From the NCBI GenBank assembly GCA_963847055.1, contig CAWJYE010000008.1, positions 298,947 through 362,946 of the forward strand: a DNA stretch of 64,000 bases. Reading direction: 5' to 3'. This stretch comes from an uncultured Solirubrobacterales bacterium (lineage in GTDB: Bacteria; Actinomycetota; Thermoleophilia; Solirubrobacterales; Solirubrobacteraceae). This document shows positions 8,674 through 17,814 of this stretch, one piece after another; position 1 is the stretch's first letter; each line of letters starts with the position of its first letter. The notes below the pieces were generated by a model that did not search any database, was not told the DNA's origin, and was given only the letters and a program-made list of their open reading frames with translations. Made by a program: the position numbers and the translations under genes.

Positions 8674-9119
8674 TAGTGCGCCGGGGGCTCCCAGCCCTCG
8701 AGCACGCTGCGCTGATAATCGGTCCCCACGGTCCGTGAGTCTTGCACCCACGGCCCGAGCTCGGGCTGCGGGAACTTGCAGTGCTGCTCTTTCAACGCGA
8801 TCCCGTAGGAGTTGCCCGACTGCAGGTGGCAGATCAAGACCTTGCGGGCGATCTCGTCCTCGCGCCCCGCCGGGATCGCGAAGTAGATCTTGATGAACGC
8901 GTTTGAGTAGCGGTCAAACACCGCCGGCACCCCGTCCTCGCTCAGCAGAACCACGTCCTCGAGCCAGTTGAGGTCGGCCCCCGGGGTAGCCGCGTTGAGG
9001 TCGATGTCCGACACCAGGCCCAGGTCTTCCTGGTAGGGAAAGCGCTTGCCCGACAGATATTCGGCGTCGATCGAGAACACCTTCTCGGGCTCAGAGAGAA
9101 CACGTCTCACCTCAGTCAT
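8673..9119 (-). CDS. Hypothetical soluble protein (148 aa), translationally coupled to mgsC
   Basis: Non-repetitive, globular-looking composition. ATG overlaps the mgsC stop (ATGACTGA). No motif recognised. Confidence 0.75.
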   Translation of the reverse strand: MTEVRRVLSEPEKVFSIDAEYLSGKRFPYQEDLGLVSDIDLNAATPGADLNWLEDVVLLSEDGVPAVFDRYSNAFIKIYFAIPAGREDEIARKVLICHLQSGNSYGIALKEQHCKFPQPELGPWVQDSRTVGTDYQRSVLEGWEPPAH

Positions 9120-10569
9120 GGACGCGCGCCCCGTCGCCCGCGCGCTGCGCGTCAGGCTCTAGATAGTCGATCGGGTTCTCGATGTGGCGCTCGAGCAGAC
9201 GCTCGATCCGGGCCAGGGTGCGCTCCTCCGAGACGCCGGGGATGTAGTCGGTGCCGGCCAGCGGGACGCGGGCCATGGCCGACGCCTCGACGGTCAGCGC
9301 GCACAGATCTTCGGGCTCGAGGCTGTGCACATCGGTCTTGCCGCACGCTCGGGCGAGCATCTGGCACTCCAGGGTCAGCGTGTGGAGGAAGTTGTAGACC
9401 CGGTCGGCGGCCTCGTCGACCACCAGCCGCCGGCGCAACTCGGGGTCCTGGGTGGTGATCCCCACCGGGCAACGCCCGGTATGGCAGTGGTAGCACTGGC
9501 CCGCGGGCACGCCGATTGTCCCCTCGTAGTCGGTGACGCCGGGGATCTCCTTATTGCAGTTCAGGGCCATCAGCGCCGAGTGCCCGATCGCGATAGCGTC
9601 GGCGCCGAGCGCCAGGCACTTGGCCACGTCGCCACCGTTGCGGATCCCCCCGGCCACCACGAGGTCGATCTCATCGACCAGCCCTACGTCTTCCAGCGCC
9701 CGGCGGGCTTCCGGGATCGCCGCCATGAGCGGAATCCCGGTCTCCTCGGCCGCAGTATGAGGGCCGGCGCCGGTCCCGCCCTCGGCGCCATCGAGGTAGA
9801 TGACATCGGGGCCGCACTTGGCGGCCATCCGCACATCGTCGTAGACCCGCGCCGCCCCCAGCTTGAGCTGGATCGGGATCTCATAGTTGGTCGCTTCCCG
9901 GACCTCTTGGATTTTCAGCGAGAGATCGTCCGGACCGAGCCAATCCGGGTGGCGGGCGGGCGAGCGCTGATCGATTCCGGCCGGTAGCGAGCGCATCTCG
10001 GCCACCTGCTCGGTCACCTTCTGGCCCATCAGGTGGCCGCCCAGGCCAACCTTGCAGCCCTGACCGATGAAGAACTCACACGCGTCCGCGAGCATCAGGT
10101 GATGAGGGTTGAAGCCGTAGCGGCTCTGGATCACCTGGTAGTACCACTTGGTCGAGAGCTCGCGCTCGGGAGGGATCATCCCGCCCTCGCCCGAGCAGGT
10201 GGCGGTACCGGCCATCGAAGCGCCCTTCGCCAGCGCCATCTTGGCCTCCAGCGAGAGCGCGCCGAACGACATACCGGTGATGTAGATCGGGATGTCGAGC
10301 TCGATCGGCTTGGCGGCAAACCGGCCGCCGAGCACGGTCTTGGTTTCGCATTTCTCGCGGTAGCCCTCGATCACGAACCGCGTCAGGGTGCCGGGCATGA
10401 ACATCAGCTCGTCCCAGTGGGGAATCTTCTTGAACATCGAGAAACCGCGCATCCGATAACGGCCAAGCTGTGACTTGACGTGGATGTCATCGATGACCTC
10501 AGGCGTGAAGATCCGGGAGTGTCCGAGGACGTTGTGGGCGCTCGGTGCGTTCTCGTCGGCAGTTGGCAT
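9112..10569 (-). CDS. mgsC: N-methylglutamate synthase subunit C (FMN-binding glutamate synthase family, GlxD-like)
   Basis: ITGMSFGALS, CSGEGG, GQGCKVGLGGHL, DQRSPARHPD, DGAEGGTGA, CYHCHTGRCPVGITTQDP. GGAGG RBS before ATG 10569. Follows mgsAB. Confidence 0.88.
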   Translation of the reverse strand: MPTADENAPSAHNVLGHSRIFTPEVIDDIHVKSQLGRYRMRGFSMFKKIPHWDELMFMPGTLTRFVIEGYREKCETKTVLGGRFAAKPIELDIPIYITGMSFGALSLEAKMALAKGASMAGTATCSGEGGMIPPERELSTKWYYQVIQSRYGFNPHHLMLADACEFFIGQGCKVGLGGHLMGQKVTEQVAEMRSLPAGIDQRSPARHPDWLGPDDLSLKIQEVREATNYEIPIQLKLGAARVYDDVRMAAKCGPDVIYLDGAEGGTGAGPHTAAEETGIPLMAAIPEARRALEDVGLVDEIDLVVAGGIRNGGDVAKCLALGADAIAIGHSALMALNCNKEIPGVTDYEGTIGVPAGQCYHCHTGRCPVGITTQDPELRRRLVVDEAADRVYNFLHTLTLECQMLARACGKTDVHSLEPEDLCALTVEASAMARVPLAGTDYIPGVSEERTLARIERLLERHIENPIDYLEPDAQRAGDGARVHD

Positions 10570-10580
10570 TTTCTGACCTC

Positions 10581-11402
10581 CTAGAGGACGAGCTTGCGCT
10601 CGGAGGGTTCGAGCGAGTCGTAGTTGTAGAGCTTCTTGCCGCACACGAACTTGGTGAAATGGGGCGGGGAGCCGAGCTCGTAAATGGAGAACTTGCGCTC
10701 GATCAGCTCGGTGTCGGCGTCCGTCCACTCCCCTTCGACGCAGTCGACGCCCAGTGACTTGACCTGGCCGGCGACGTAGATCTCGCCGTCGTACATCGAG
10801 TCGCCCAGCCCCGGTCCCACGTCGCCACACAGGATCTGGCGTCCGCGCTGCATCATGAAACCGGTCATCGAGCCGGCATCGCCGAGGGCGATGATCGTCC
10901 CGCCCTTCTGATCGATTCCGGTTCGGGCCCCGACCCGGCCCTTGATCACGAGGTCGCCACCGCGGATCGCGGCCCCGGTGAGCGAGCCGGCGTTGGAGTC
11001 GATCACCACGACCCCCGACATCATGTTTTCGCACGCCGACCACCCGACGCGGCCGGCGATGTGGACCTCAGGCCCGTCGATCATCCCGAGGGCAAAGTAG
11101 CCCAGGCTTCCTTCGAAGTTCAGCCGGCAGCGTGTGAGCAGGCCGGCGCCCAGCGAATGGCGGGCCCCTGGATTGCTGACCGTCACCTCGCGCACGCCCT
11201 GCTCATAGAGGAGCCAGCGCAGCTCGAGGTTGATCTGCCTGGTGGTGAGCTCGCGGGCGTCGAAGGTTGCCGAGGCGCCGTCGATCTGCGCCACGCGCGG
11301 AACGCGGGCGTCGAGCTCGACCAGCCCGCGGGCATCGAAGCGGGGCTCCTCGGGTGACGGGTACGAGTTCGGGGACGGGGTCCCCGTGGTCACCGGGTCC
11401 AT
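10581..11402 (-). CDS. mgsB: N-methylglutamate synthase subunit B (GXGXG/FwdC-like domain, GlxC-like)
   Basis: Repeated GxGxG beta-helix motifs (GRVGWSACENMMSG, GRVGARTGIDQKGG, GFMMQRG, GDSMYDGEIYV). Lies between mgsA and mgsC. Confidence 0.88.
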   Translation of the reverse strand: MDPVTTGTPSPNSYPSPEEPRFDARGLVELDARVPRVAQIDGASATFDARELTTRQINLELRWLLYEQGVREVTVSNPGARHSLGAGLLTRCRLNFEGSLGYFALGMIDGPEVHIAGRVGWSACENMMSGVVVIDSNAGSLTGAAIRGGDLVIKGRVGARTGIDQKGGTIIALGDAGSMTGFMMQRGRQILCGDVGPGLGDSMYDGEIYVAGQVKSLGVDCVEGEWTDADTELIERKFSIYELGSPPHFTKFVCGKKLYNYDSLEPSERKLVL

Positions 11403-12370
11403 ACCATCACCGTGCTCTCATAGGGGTCATAGGTCTCGATCTCGCGATCGATCACGGCTCGAATCGCCATCTCCTCGGAGGCCAGCGCGACCATGTCGTC
11501 GCCCTCGTAGAGAACCAGCGGCTTGGCGGCGAGCTCGTCCTTGGCCACGCCCAGCGCGTCCTGCGAGACACAGATGTAGGTGAAGACCCCGTCCAGGTCC
11601 TCGAGGCTGTGATGCATCGCGTCCTCCAGCGATTCTCCCGCGGCCATCCGGTCGGCCAGGTAGACGGCGATGATCTCCGAATCGCACATCGATGCGAAGC
11701 GGTGGCCGCGGGCCTCCAGACGCCGGCGCCACTGGTGGTAATTGGTCAGCTGGCCGTTGTGGACGACGGCGACGTCGGAGAACGGGTACGCCCAGTAGGG
11801 ATGCGCGTTGGCGATGTCAACATCCGATTCAGTGGCCATGCGCACATGGCCGATGCCGTGCGAGCCGAGGTAACCGTCGAGCTGGTAGGCGCTCGAGACC
11901 GTCCGCGCGTCCCCGAGATCCTTGACGATCTCGAGCGAGTGACCGAGTGACAGCACCTCGGTGTGCGGGACTGACTCGACGTGGTCAGCGAGCGTCTTGA
12001 GGTCACCCGCGTAGGCGACGGTGGCCGTGAAGGTGTAGTCGTTGGCGTCCTCGGTGCGCATGATCTCCGCTCCCGCCGCCCTCAGTCGCGCCTGCACCTC
12101 GTGGCGCCGGCGCCGGACGTCACCGGCGAAGTCCAGATCGCGGGCTGCGGTCGACTCGGCCAGGTTGATACGTACGGTCAGCTCCTCGCTGGGAGCGTGG
12201 TAGAGCGCGAACCCGGTCGAGTCCGGTCCGCGATGCTTCATCGACTGCAACATGCTGGTCATGTCACGGCCGATCCGGTGGGGTGTCTGAGCTGGCTCCG
12301 GCCGGTGGGACGGATGGGAACCAATTTCACCACTGCCGTTGCGGTAGATGATCCCGGCGATTCCGCACAT
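11390..12370 (-). CDS. mgsA: N-methylglutamate synthase subunit A (class II glutamine amidotransferase, GlxB-like)
   Basis: N-terminal MCGIAG, HRGPDSTG, GHVRMATES, AHPYW, VHNGQLTN, CDSE, DGVFTY. AGGAG RBS. Confidence 0.88.
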   Translation of the reverse strand: MCGIAGIIYRNGSGEIGSHPSHRPEPAQTPHRIGRDMTSMLQSMKHRGPDSTGFALYHAPSEELTVRINLAESTAARDLDFAGDVRRRRHEVQARLRAAGAEIMRTEDANDYTFTATVAYAGDLKTLADHVESVPHTEVLSLGHSLEIVKDLGDARTVSSAYQLDGYLGSHGIGHVRMATESDVDIANAHPYWAYPFSDVAVVHNGQLTNYHQWRRRLEARGHRFASMCDSEIIAVYLADRMAAGESLEDAMHHSLEDLDGVFTYICVSQDALGVAKDELAAKPLVLYEGDDMVALASEEMAIRAVIDREIETYDPYESTVMVWTR

Positions 12371-12400
12371 GCTCGTTCTCCTTTACGGCCGCGCCGGCCG

Positions 12401-13858
12401 TTAGGGCAGCACCTCGAGGTACTCGTCGCGTTCCCAGTCGGTCACGGCGGCGAGGTAGCGCTCCCATTCATCCCGCTTGTAATGGTTGAAGACCTTGTAG
12501 AGGCGACCCGGCATCGCGCTGCGGATGACCTCGTCGGCAGCCAGCGCCTCGAGCGCCGCGCCCAGGCTGTCGGGCACCTTTTCGATCTTCGCCCCCTGCT
12601 GGAGCAGGTCATAGGTGTTGCCCTGCTGTGGCGGCCCGGGATCAAGCTCACGGCGGACGCCGTCCAGACCGGCCCGGAGGAGCGTCGCCACGGTCAGATA
12701 CGGATTGCAGGACGAGTCGACGCCGCGATACTCAAATCGGCCGCCCGAGGCTACGCGCACCGTGGTGGTGCGGTTCTGCCAGCCCCAATTCTTGTAGATC
12801 GGAGCCCAGAAGCCGGTGTCCCACATCCGGCAGTAGGAGTTCACGGTCGGGTTGCCGACGCACATCAGGGCGGGGAAGTGCTCGAGCATGCCGCCGAGGA
12901 AGTGGCGCGCGAACTGAGACAGCTGGGCCGGACCCTCGGGATCGTGAAAGACGTTGTGTCCGTCCTCGTCCATGAGCGTGAAATGGTGATGGTGCCCATT
13001 GGCCGATACGCCGGTGAACGGCTTGGGCATGAACGAGGCCAGCAGGTCGTGCTTGCGAGCCACCGCCGCGCACACCTGGCGGTAGGTGGTGATGTTGTCG
13101 GCCGTGCGGAGCGGACGATCGAAGCGGAAGTTGAGCTCGAGCTGACCGGGGGCGTCCTCGTGGTCGCCGTAGCTCATGTCGAGGCCGAGCGCCTGTCCGT
13201 ATTGCACCACGTCGAGGAGCACGGGGCGAAGCTCCTCGAACTGGTGGATGTGGTAGCAGTAGGGCTTGGTCACGCCCTGCGGGATCTCGCCTGCCTCGGG
13301 TCGCTTGAGCCACATCATCTCGGGCTCGATCCCGATCAGGAACTGGCATCCGAGCTCCTGCTCGAAGTCGTGGGCGACCGCCTTGAGGTTCTGGCGCGGG
13401 TCGGCGTCCAGCAGCTCGCCGGTCTCGGTGTCGTAGCAGTCGCAATAGACGCGCGCGACCCGGCTGTCCCACGGCAGCACCGCGAAGGTGTCCAGGTCGG
13501 CGACCGCGGCCAGCTCTGATTCCTCGGGGCCGAAGCCGATGTAGTTGCCGTAGCGGTCGGTGAACAGGTTCGCGGTCGCGCCGTAGACGAGCTGGTAGCC
13601 CTTCTCCGCCACCTGTGCAAAGAAGGTCGACACAACGCCCTTGCCCATCACGCGCCCGGTGATCGAAACCTGCTGAAAGAAGACGTAGCGGATGCCCTCG
13701 GCCTCGATTCGCCGAGTCAGCTCCTCGATCTTGGCCGCTCGCCCCGGGGCGTTGCGGGCTTGCTCGAGCGTCGCGGGGGCCGGCTCAATCCGCGGCGAGG
13801 CGAGCACCGTCTGGACGTCGCCTCCGAACACAACCTCGTCTTGCCCAGCTGTCTGCAT
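12401..13858 (-). CDS. gmaS: Gamma-glutamylmethylamide synthetase (glutamine-synthetase-like amine ligase)
   Basis: GIEPEM, HEDAPGQLE, MPKPF..NGHHHH, NRTTTVR, RFEYRGVDSSCNPY. The flap motif is GFWAP (Trp instead of the Glu of GYEAP), typical of amine ligases. First gene of the mgsABC operon, with a GAGGAG RBS. Confidence 0.78.
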   Translation of the reverse strand: MQTAGQDEVVFGGDVQTVLASPRIEPAPATLEQARNAPGRAAKIEELTRRIEAEGIRYVFFQQVSITGRVMGKGVVSTFFAQVAEKGYQLVYGATANLFTDRYGNYIGFGPEESELAAVADLDTFAVLPWDSRVARVYCDCYDTETGELLDADPRQNLKAVAHDFEQELGCQFLIGIEPEMMWLKRPEAGEIPQGVTKPYCYHIHQFEELRPVLLDVVQYGQALGLDMSYGDHEDAPGQLELNFRFDRPLRTADNITTYRQVCAAVARKHDLLASFMPKPFTGVSANGHHHHFTLMDEDGHNVFHDPEGPAQLSQFARHFLGGMLEHFPALMCVGNPTVNSYCRMWDTGFWAPIYKNWGWQNRTTTVRVASGGRFEYRGVDSSCNPYLTVATLLRAGLDGVRRELDPGPPQQGNTYDLLQQGAKIEKVPDSLGAALEALAADEVIRSAMPGRLYKVFNHYKRDEWERYLAAVTDWERDEYLEVLP

Positions 13859-13880
13859 CCCCACTCCTCGCCTCGCACGC

Positions 13881-14011
13881 TTGACTGGACAAATTGGTAC
13901 ACGTGGCGTTATACCAAGCGCTCGTCGCGACCGCAAGCGGCGAGCTTGACCCCAGGCAGGGGACGGGCTACGCTATTGCGCTGTCCCCAATTCCGTTGCA
14001 CTATAGGCAAC
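13881..14011. promoter_or_regulatory. Divergent gmaS/mgdA control region with inverted repeats
   Basis: TTGGTA-N12-TACCAA (13894-13917), imperfect palindrome TGGACAAATTGGTACA (13886-13901), GTTGC-ACTATAG-GCAAC (13995-14011). Confidence 0.5.
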
Positions 14012-14027
14012 AAGAGGAGCACTGCCA

Positions 14028-15320
14028 GTGACCGCCCGCCTCCCCTCCTCCGTTCGCACCCTCGTCATCGGCGCCGGCGTTCACGGCCTCTCGACGGCCT
14101 GGCACCTGGCCCGCGACGGCGAGCCCGTGCTGGTGCTCGACAAGACCGATGTGGCGGCCGGCGCCTCGGGAATCGCCTGCGGGATTGTGCGCAACAACTA
14201 CTACCAGCCGGCCATGCAGGAGCTGATGGCGGCCTGCGTCGAGGTCTGGGAGTCCGAGGCCGAGGCCCTGCACTACCACCCCACCGGCTACATCGCCCTT
14301 GGGCCGTCCGCGCAGGAGGGTGACCTGTCAGAGGTGTTCGCCCGCCAGCAGCGGATCGGATATCCCTCGGAGCTGCACCTCGGCGAGGAGGAGGTCGCCC
14401 GCCACATGCGCGCGCTATATGACGACTGGCGCGCGCCCGGCCTCAGCGTGTGCCTGCACGAGCAGGCGGGTGGCTACGCCTTCAACCGGGAGTCGATGCT
14501 CGGGCTCGCCGGCCTCGCTCGCGGCGCCGGTGCGCAGATCGAGACCGGCGTGGAGGTGACCGGCTTTTCCTTTGACGGCGCCGGCGCGGTGCAGCGGGTC
14601 AGCACGAGCGCCGGCGAGATCGCCGTGGAGCAGGTTGTGGTCGCGGTTGGCCCCTGGATAGCCGCGCTGTGGTCGATGCTCGGTCTTCCCGACCGGCTCG
14701 ACGTCCGTCATCCCGACGGTCGCGTCGTGACCGACCAGCCGATGTGGACCTACTGGTACCTGCAGGAAGGTGAGGTCGACTTCCCGCCCGGGATCTTCGT
14801 GACCAACGATGGCCACGCCTCGCCGGTGCTGCACGTCGATTCTGATCAGCCCCTCCACGCCGACGATGGCGAGCTGATCACCAGCGAGCCCTGGGGGGTG
14901 TACTTCAAGCCCGACCGCGACAGCATTCAGGGCGGTGCCCAGCCGCTCGAGCTCGGCCACACCTTCGCAGTTGACCCCTATCCGACGGGGACGGTGGATG
15001 CCGGTTTCCCCGAGCTGTGGTCGGCCTCGCTGTCGCACTGCCTAAAGCGCTTCGAGGGCGCGCGAGGCCGCTACCGGCAGGCCCGCTCGGGCGGCGTGGG
15101 CGCGTTCACGGTGGACAACTTCCCGGTGTTTGACTTCCTGCGCCCCAACGTATTCGTGGCCGCCGACTCCAACCACGGCTACAAGATGATCGCCGTGGGC
15201 CGCGAGATCGCCCGCATGCTGGGCGGTGAGCACTCGTCATTGCTGCACCCGTTTCGCTACCAGCGTTTCGCCACCGGCGAGCTGCACCCGGTCTCCCACA
15301 GCCCCTACCCCTGGAGTTAG
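14028..15320 (+). CDS. mgdA: N-methylglutamate dehydrogenase subunit A (FAD oxidoreductase, SoxB-like family)
   Basis: GAGVHGLSTAWHL, GASGIACGIVRNNYYQPAM, ADSNHGYKM and C-terminal LHPVSHSPYPWS match remembered MgdA of NMG-pathway methylotrophs. Divergent from gmaS. Confidence 0.8.
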   Translation: MTARLPSSVRTLVIGAGVHGLSTAWHLARDGEPVLVLDKTDVAAGASGIACGIVRNNYYQPAMQELMAACVEVWESEAEALHYHPTGYIALGPSAQEGDLSEVFARQQRIGYPSELHLGEEEVARHMRALYDDWRAPGLSVCLHEQAGGYAFNRESMLGLAGLARGAGAQIETGVEVTGFSFDGAGAVQRVSTSAGEIAVEQVVVAVGPWIAALWSMLGLPDRLDVRHPDGRVVTDQPMWTYWYLQEGEVDFPPGIFVTNDGHASPVLHVDSDQPLHADDGELITSEPWGVYFKPDRDSIQGGAQPLELGHTFAVDPYPTGTVDAGFPELWSASLSHCLKRFEGARGRYRQARSGGVGAFTVDNFPVFDFLRPNVFVAADSNHGYKMIAVGREIARMLGGEHSSLLHPFRYQRFATGELHPVSHSPYPWS

Positions 15321-15402
15321 TGGTCGCTCGAGGTGCCGCTCGTCCGATCGCACCCACAAACCACGGTTGCGCCCGGGCCGTGCGGTCGCGTCCAGCCAGC
15401 TG

Positions 15403-16206
15403 CTAAGCCGGGCCGCAGGCCCCGCCCAGCGCCCGGCTGAGCTCAGAGGCGGCTTCGAGCAGAGGCTGACGGAGAGCCTTGCGGGCCGCCGAGGGCAGGC
15501 GAGCGGCCGGGCCCTGGATGCCGAGGATCGCGGCCAGCTCCCCGGCGCGGCCGAACACTGGGGCCGCGACCGCTCCCAGGTCCGGCTCACGCTCGCCGAC
15601 TGCCTCGGCCCAGCCCTGCTCGCGGACGCTCGCGAGCTCAGCCGCGAGCACGGCCGGATCGATGATCGTGCGCTCGGTGTAGGCAACCAGCGGGCGGCCC
15701 GGTGCGCGCGCAGACCCGGAGCCGTCGAAGGCGAGCATCACCTTGCCGGTGGCGGTCGCGTGCGGGACGCTGGGGCGTCCGACGCGCGCCATGCTGACCA
15801 CGCTGGACGACGAGGGGACGAAGTCGACCGTGATCGCCTCGCCATCGCCGGGGACCGACAGCGTAGCCGTCTCACCGGTGTCGGCGACCAGCTGCGCGAG
15901 CAGCGGCCGGGCCCGCCCGCGCAGGTCCAGCTGGGTGAGCACGCGATCCGAGAGCGCGACCAACTTGAGGCCGAGGCGGTAGGGGCCGCCGGGCGCCCGC
16001 TCGACCAGCCGCCCTTGCTCCAGCGTGGCGAGCAGCCGCGACGCGGTGCTCGCGTTGACGCCGATCTGCCGGGCGAGCTCGTTGACGCCCAGTCCCGCCT
16101 CGCTGGCCCCGAGCGCGTCGAGCAGCGCGATGGCGCGAGCCACCGAGCCCACGGGCCGGCGCGGCGAAGGGCGGTCACCGCCGTCCACCGGCGCCTGGCT
16201 GCCCAC
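15403..16206 (-). CDS. IclR-family transcriptional regulator
   Basis: GSVARAIALLDAL HTH, HATATGKVMLA, AVAAPVF. Confidence 0.92.
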   Translation of the reverse strand: MGSQAPVDGGDRPSPRRPVGSVARAIALLDALGASEAGLGVNELARQIGVNASTASRLLATLEQGRLVERAPGGPYRLGLKLVALSDRVLTQLDLRGRARPLLAQLVADTGETATLSVPGDGEAITVDFVPSSSSVVSMARVGRPSVPHATATGKVMLAFDGSGSARAPGRPLVAYTERTIIDPAVLAAELASVREQGWAEAVGEREPDLGAVAAPVFGRAGELAAILGIQGPAARLPSAARKALRQPLLEAASELSRALGGACGPA

Positions 16207-17060
16207 TAGCGGAGCTCGCGACGCGGAGGCGAGCCGTGGCTCCTGCCCGCGCGGAGACCACTTCGCTGGCCCGCTATGCGGGCTGGGGTGGGCGAGTCGA
16301 GCGAACGCATCACCATCACCTCGATCCCGCCGGGGGCGAAGAGATCACGGGAGAGCGCGACGCGCTCGTCGCGGCCGGCGAAGATCAGCTCCTCGAGCTC
16401 CAGGCCCGCGGTCGTCCGGCGGATCTCAAGCCGCTTCCCGGCTCGGTCCCGCGGCGTCAGCAGCGCCGGCATGACGCGGGTCCGCGCGTAGGCGATCGGG
16501 ACACCGGCGGCGATCAGCACGTCAAGCACCATCTCCCCGCGCTCCATGGCCGCGCGTACCAGCTCCAGCGAGGGGAGCTTGATCTCCGGGTGCACGACAT
16601 CAAACATCACCGCCGCCGGGGTGCCGCCGGCCAGCAGCGTGCGGGCCACGGTCACTGCCAGGGTATCCGGCTGCAGGCCCAGGACGCTACCCACTTCGCT
16701 GCCGACGGCGCGCCGCTGCACCCGGACGGCGGCAGCGGAGAGCACGACCCCCCGGCGTCGAGCTACCGACGAGTACGGCTCCAGGCGCTCGAGCCGCTCG
16801 TCAAAGGCGGCCGGCACGGCCATCCGTCCGACGAACGTCCCACTCCCCTGGCGGCGCACGATCTCGCCGCTCTCCTCGAGCCGCTGAAGCGCGCTGCGCA
16901 GCGTGCCGCGCGAGACGCCGAGCATCGCGGCGACCTCGTGCTCGGGTGGCAGCCGGTCGCCGAGCCGATAGCGCCCCGGGGCCAGCCAGTTGCGTAGCGC
17001 CCGTTCCGCTCCGTCAACAAGTGACGGGCGCCCGGCGGGTGCGGACACCGGTTGGTCCAC
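16206..17060 (-). CDS. GntR-family regulator (HutC/UTRA type)
   Basis: GDRLPPEHEVAAMLGVSRGTLRSAL...RRQGSGTFV plus a UTRA-like C-terminus. Start GTG 17060 (alternative ATG 17093). Confidence 0.88.
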   Translation of the reverse strand: MDQPVSAPAGRPSLVDGAERALRNWLAPGRYRLGDRLPPEHEVAAMLGVSRGTLRSALQRLEESGEIVRRQGSGTFVGRMAVPAAFDERLERLEPYSSVARRRGVVLSAAAVRVQRRAVGSEVGSVLGLQPDTLAVTVARTLLAGGTPAAVMFDVVHPEIKLPSLELVRAAMERGEMVLDVLIAAGVPIAYARTRVMPALLTPRDRAGKRLEIRRTTAGLELEELIFAGRDERVALSRDLFAPGGIEVMVMRSLDSPTPARIAGQRSGLRAGRSHGSPPRRELR

Positions 17061-17066
17061 AACCGG
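17048..17066. promoter_or_regulatory. Palindrome over the gntR start, probable autoregulatory operator
   Basis: CCGGTTG-GTCCA-CAACCGG. The core resembles HutC/DasR-type TGGTCTAGAC boxes. Confidence 0.5.
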
Positions 17067-17208
17067 CCGCCCTTTTGACGATCCCGTTGGCATCTGGTTC
17101 AGCGACTCCTACCACTCAGCGCGTCGCGGCAATCGTATTGGCAGGCACGGCGTCGGCGCGACTTTCAGGCCAGCTGGCTTCGGGCCGGCCGCGAGAAGCG
17201 AGCCGTCT

Positions 17209-17814
17209 CTACACCGATCCTCCGGTGGGTACGACGGCGGCCAGGGCCTGGCTGCGCGCCACCGCCGCGCGGCGAGCAAGGTCCTCGGCCTGGCGGCGGC
17301 GCAGGTCATCGCCGGCGTCGCCGAGGTTGAGCTCGACGAGCTCGACGGCGGATCGGCAGGCCGCCTCGGCGAGCAGGACCGCCGTAATGGCATCCCCGGT
17401 CAGGTGGGGGTTGCCGTGTCGGGCCAGCCCGGCTCCCAGCCCGGCCAACTCGGCGGCGGCGGCCGCGATCTCCAGCGGCGGGTCGGCGGCAGCCGAGCGC
17501 GCGGCCGCGATCTGCGCGGCGCGCGACTCGTCCCCGGCGGGCAGCGCGAAGGCCTCGAGCACCGGCGCGTAGGCCCGCAGGTCGCGATCGCCCAGTTCGA
17601 GCGCCTGGCAGCGCAGATCCGCGGCTCGCCGAGCGGTCTGCTGGGCGTCGGGGGCGAGATCGAAGCGGGCCGCCATCTGCACCAGCGCGGCGGCCAGTGC
17701 GCAGGCGGTGGCGGCGGCGCTGCCGCCCCCCGGCGCCGCCGTCCGCGCGGCGAAGCGCTCGAGCAGCTCGTTCAGCGGCAGCGCGGTCAGGCCGGGTGGA
17801 TCGCCGGCGCTCAC
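17209..17814 (-). CDS. fchA: Methenyl-THF cyclohydrolase / formiminotransferase-cyclodeaminase C-terminal family
   Basis: TAAPGGGSAAA, DRDLRAY, GNPHLTGDA. Abuts the fhs stop. Confidence 0.8.
   Translation of the reverse strand: MSAGDPPGLTALPLNELLERFAARTAAPGGGSAAATACALAAALVQMAARFDLAPDAQQTARRAADLRCQALELGDRDLRAYAPVLEAFALPAGDESRAAQIAAARSAAADPPLEIAAAAAELAGLGAGLARHGNPHLTGDAITAVLLAEAACRSAVELVELNLGDAGDDLRRRQAEDLARRAAVARSQALAAVVPTGGSV

Noticed and set aside
9112-11043. 643-aa version of mgsC, or a glutamate synthase large subunit
   Set aside because: The upstream part is an alternate frame of mgsB, and a clear RBS precedes ATG 10569. The three-gene split with gmaS matches Mgs/Glx, and no gltD is present.
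12401-13858. True glutamine synthetase (glnA)
   Set aside because: It lacks the FDGSS loop and the EAP flap (has WAP), and the context is mgsABC.
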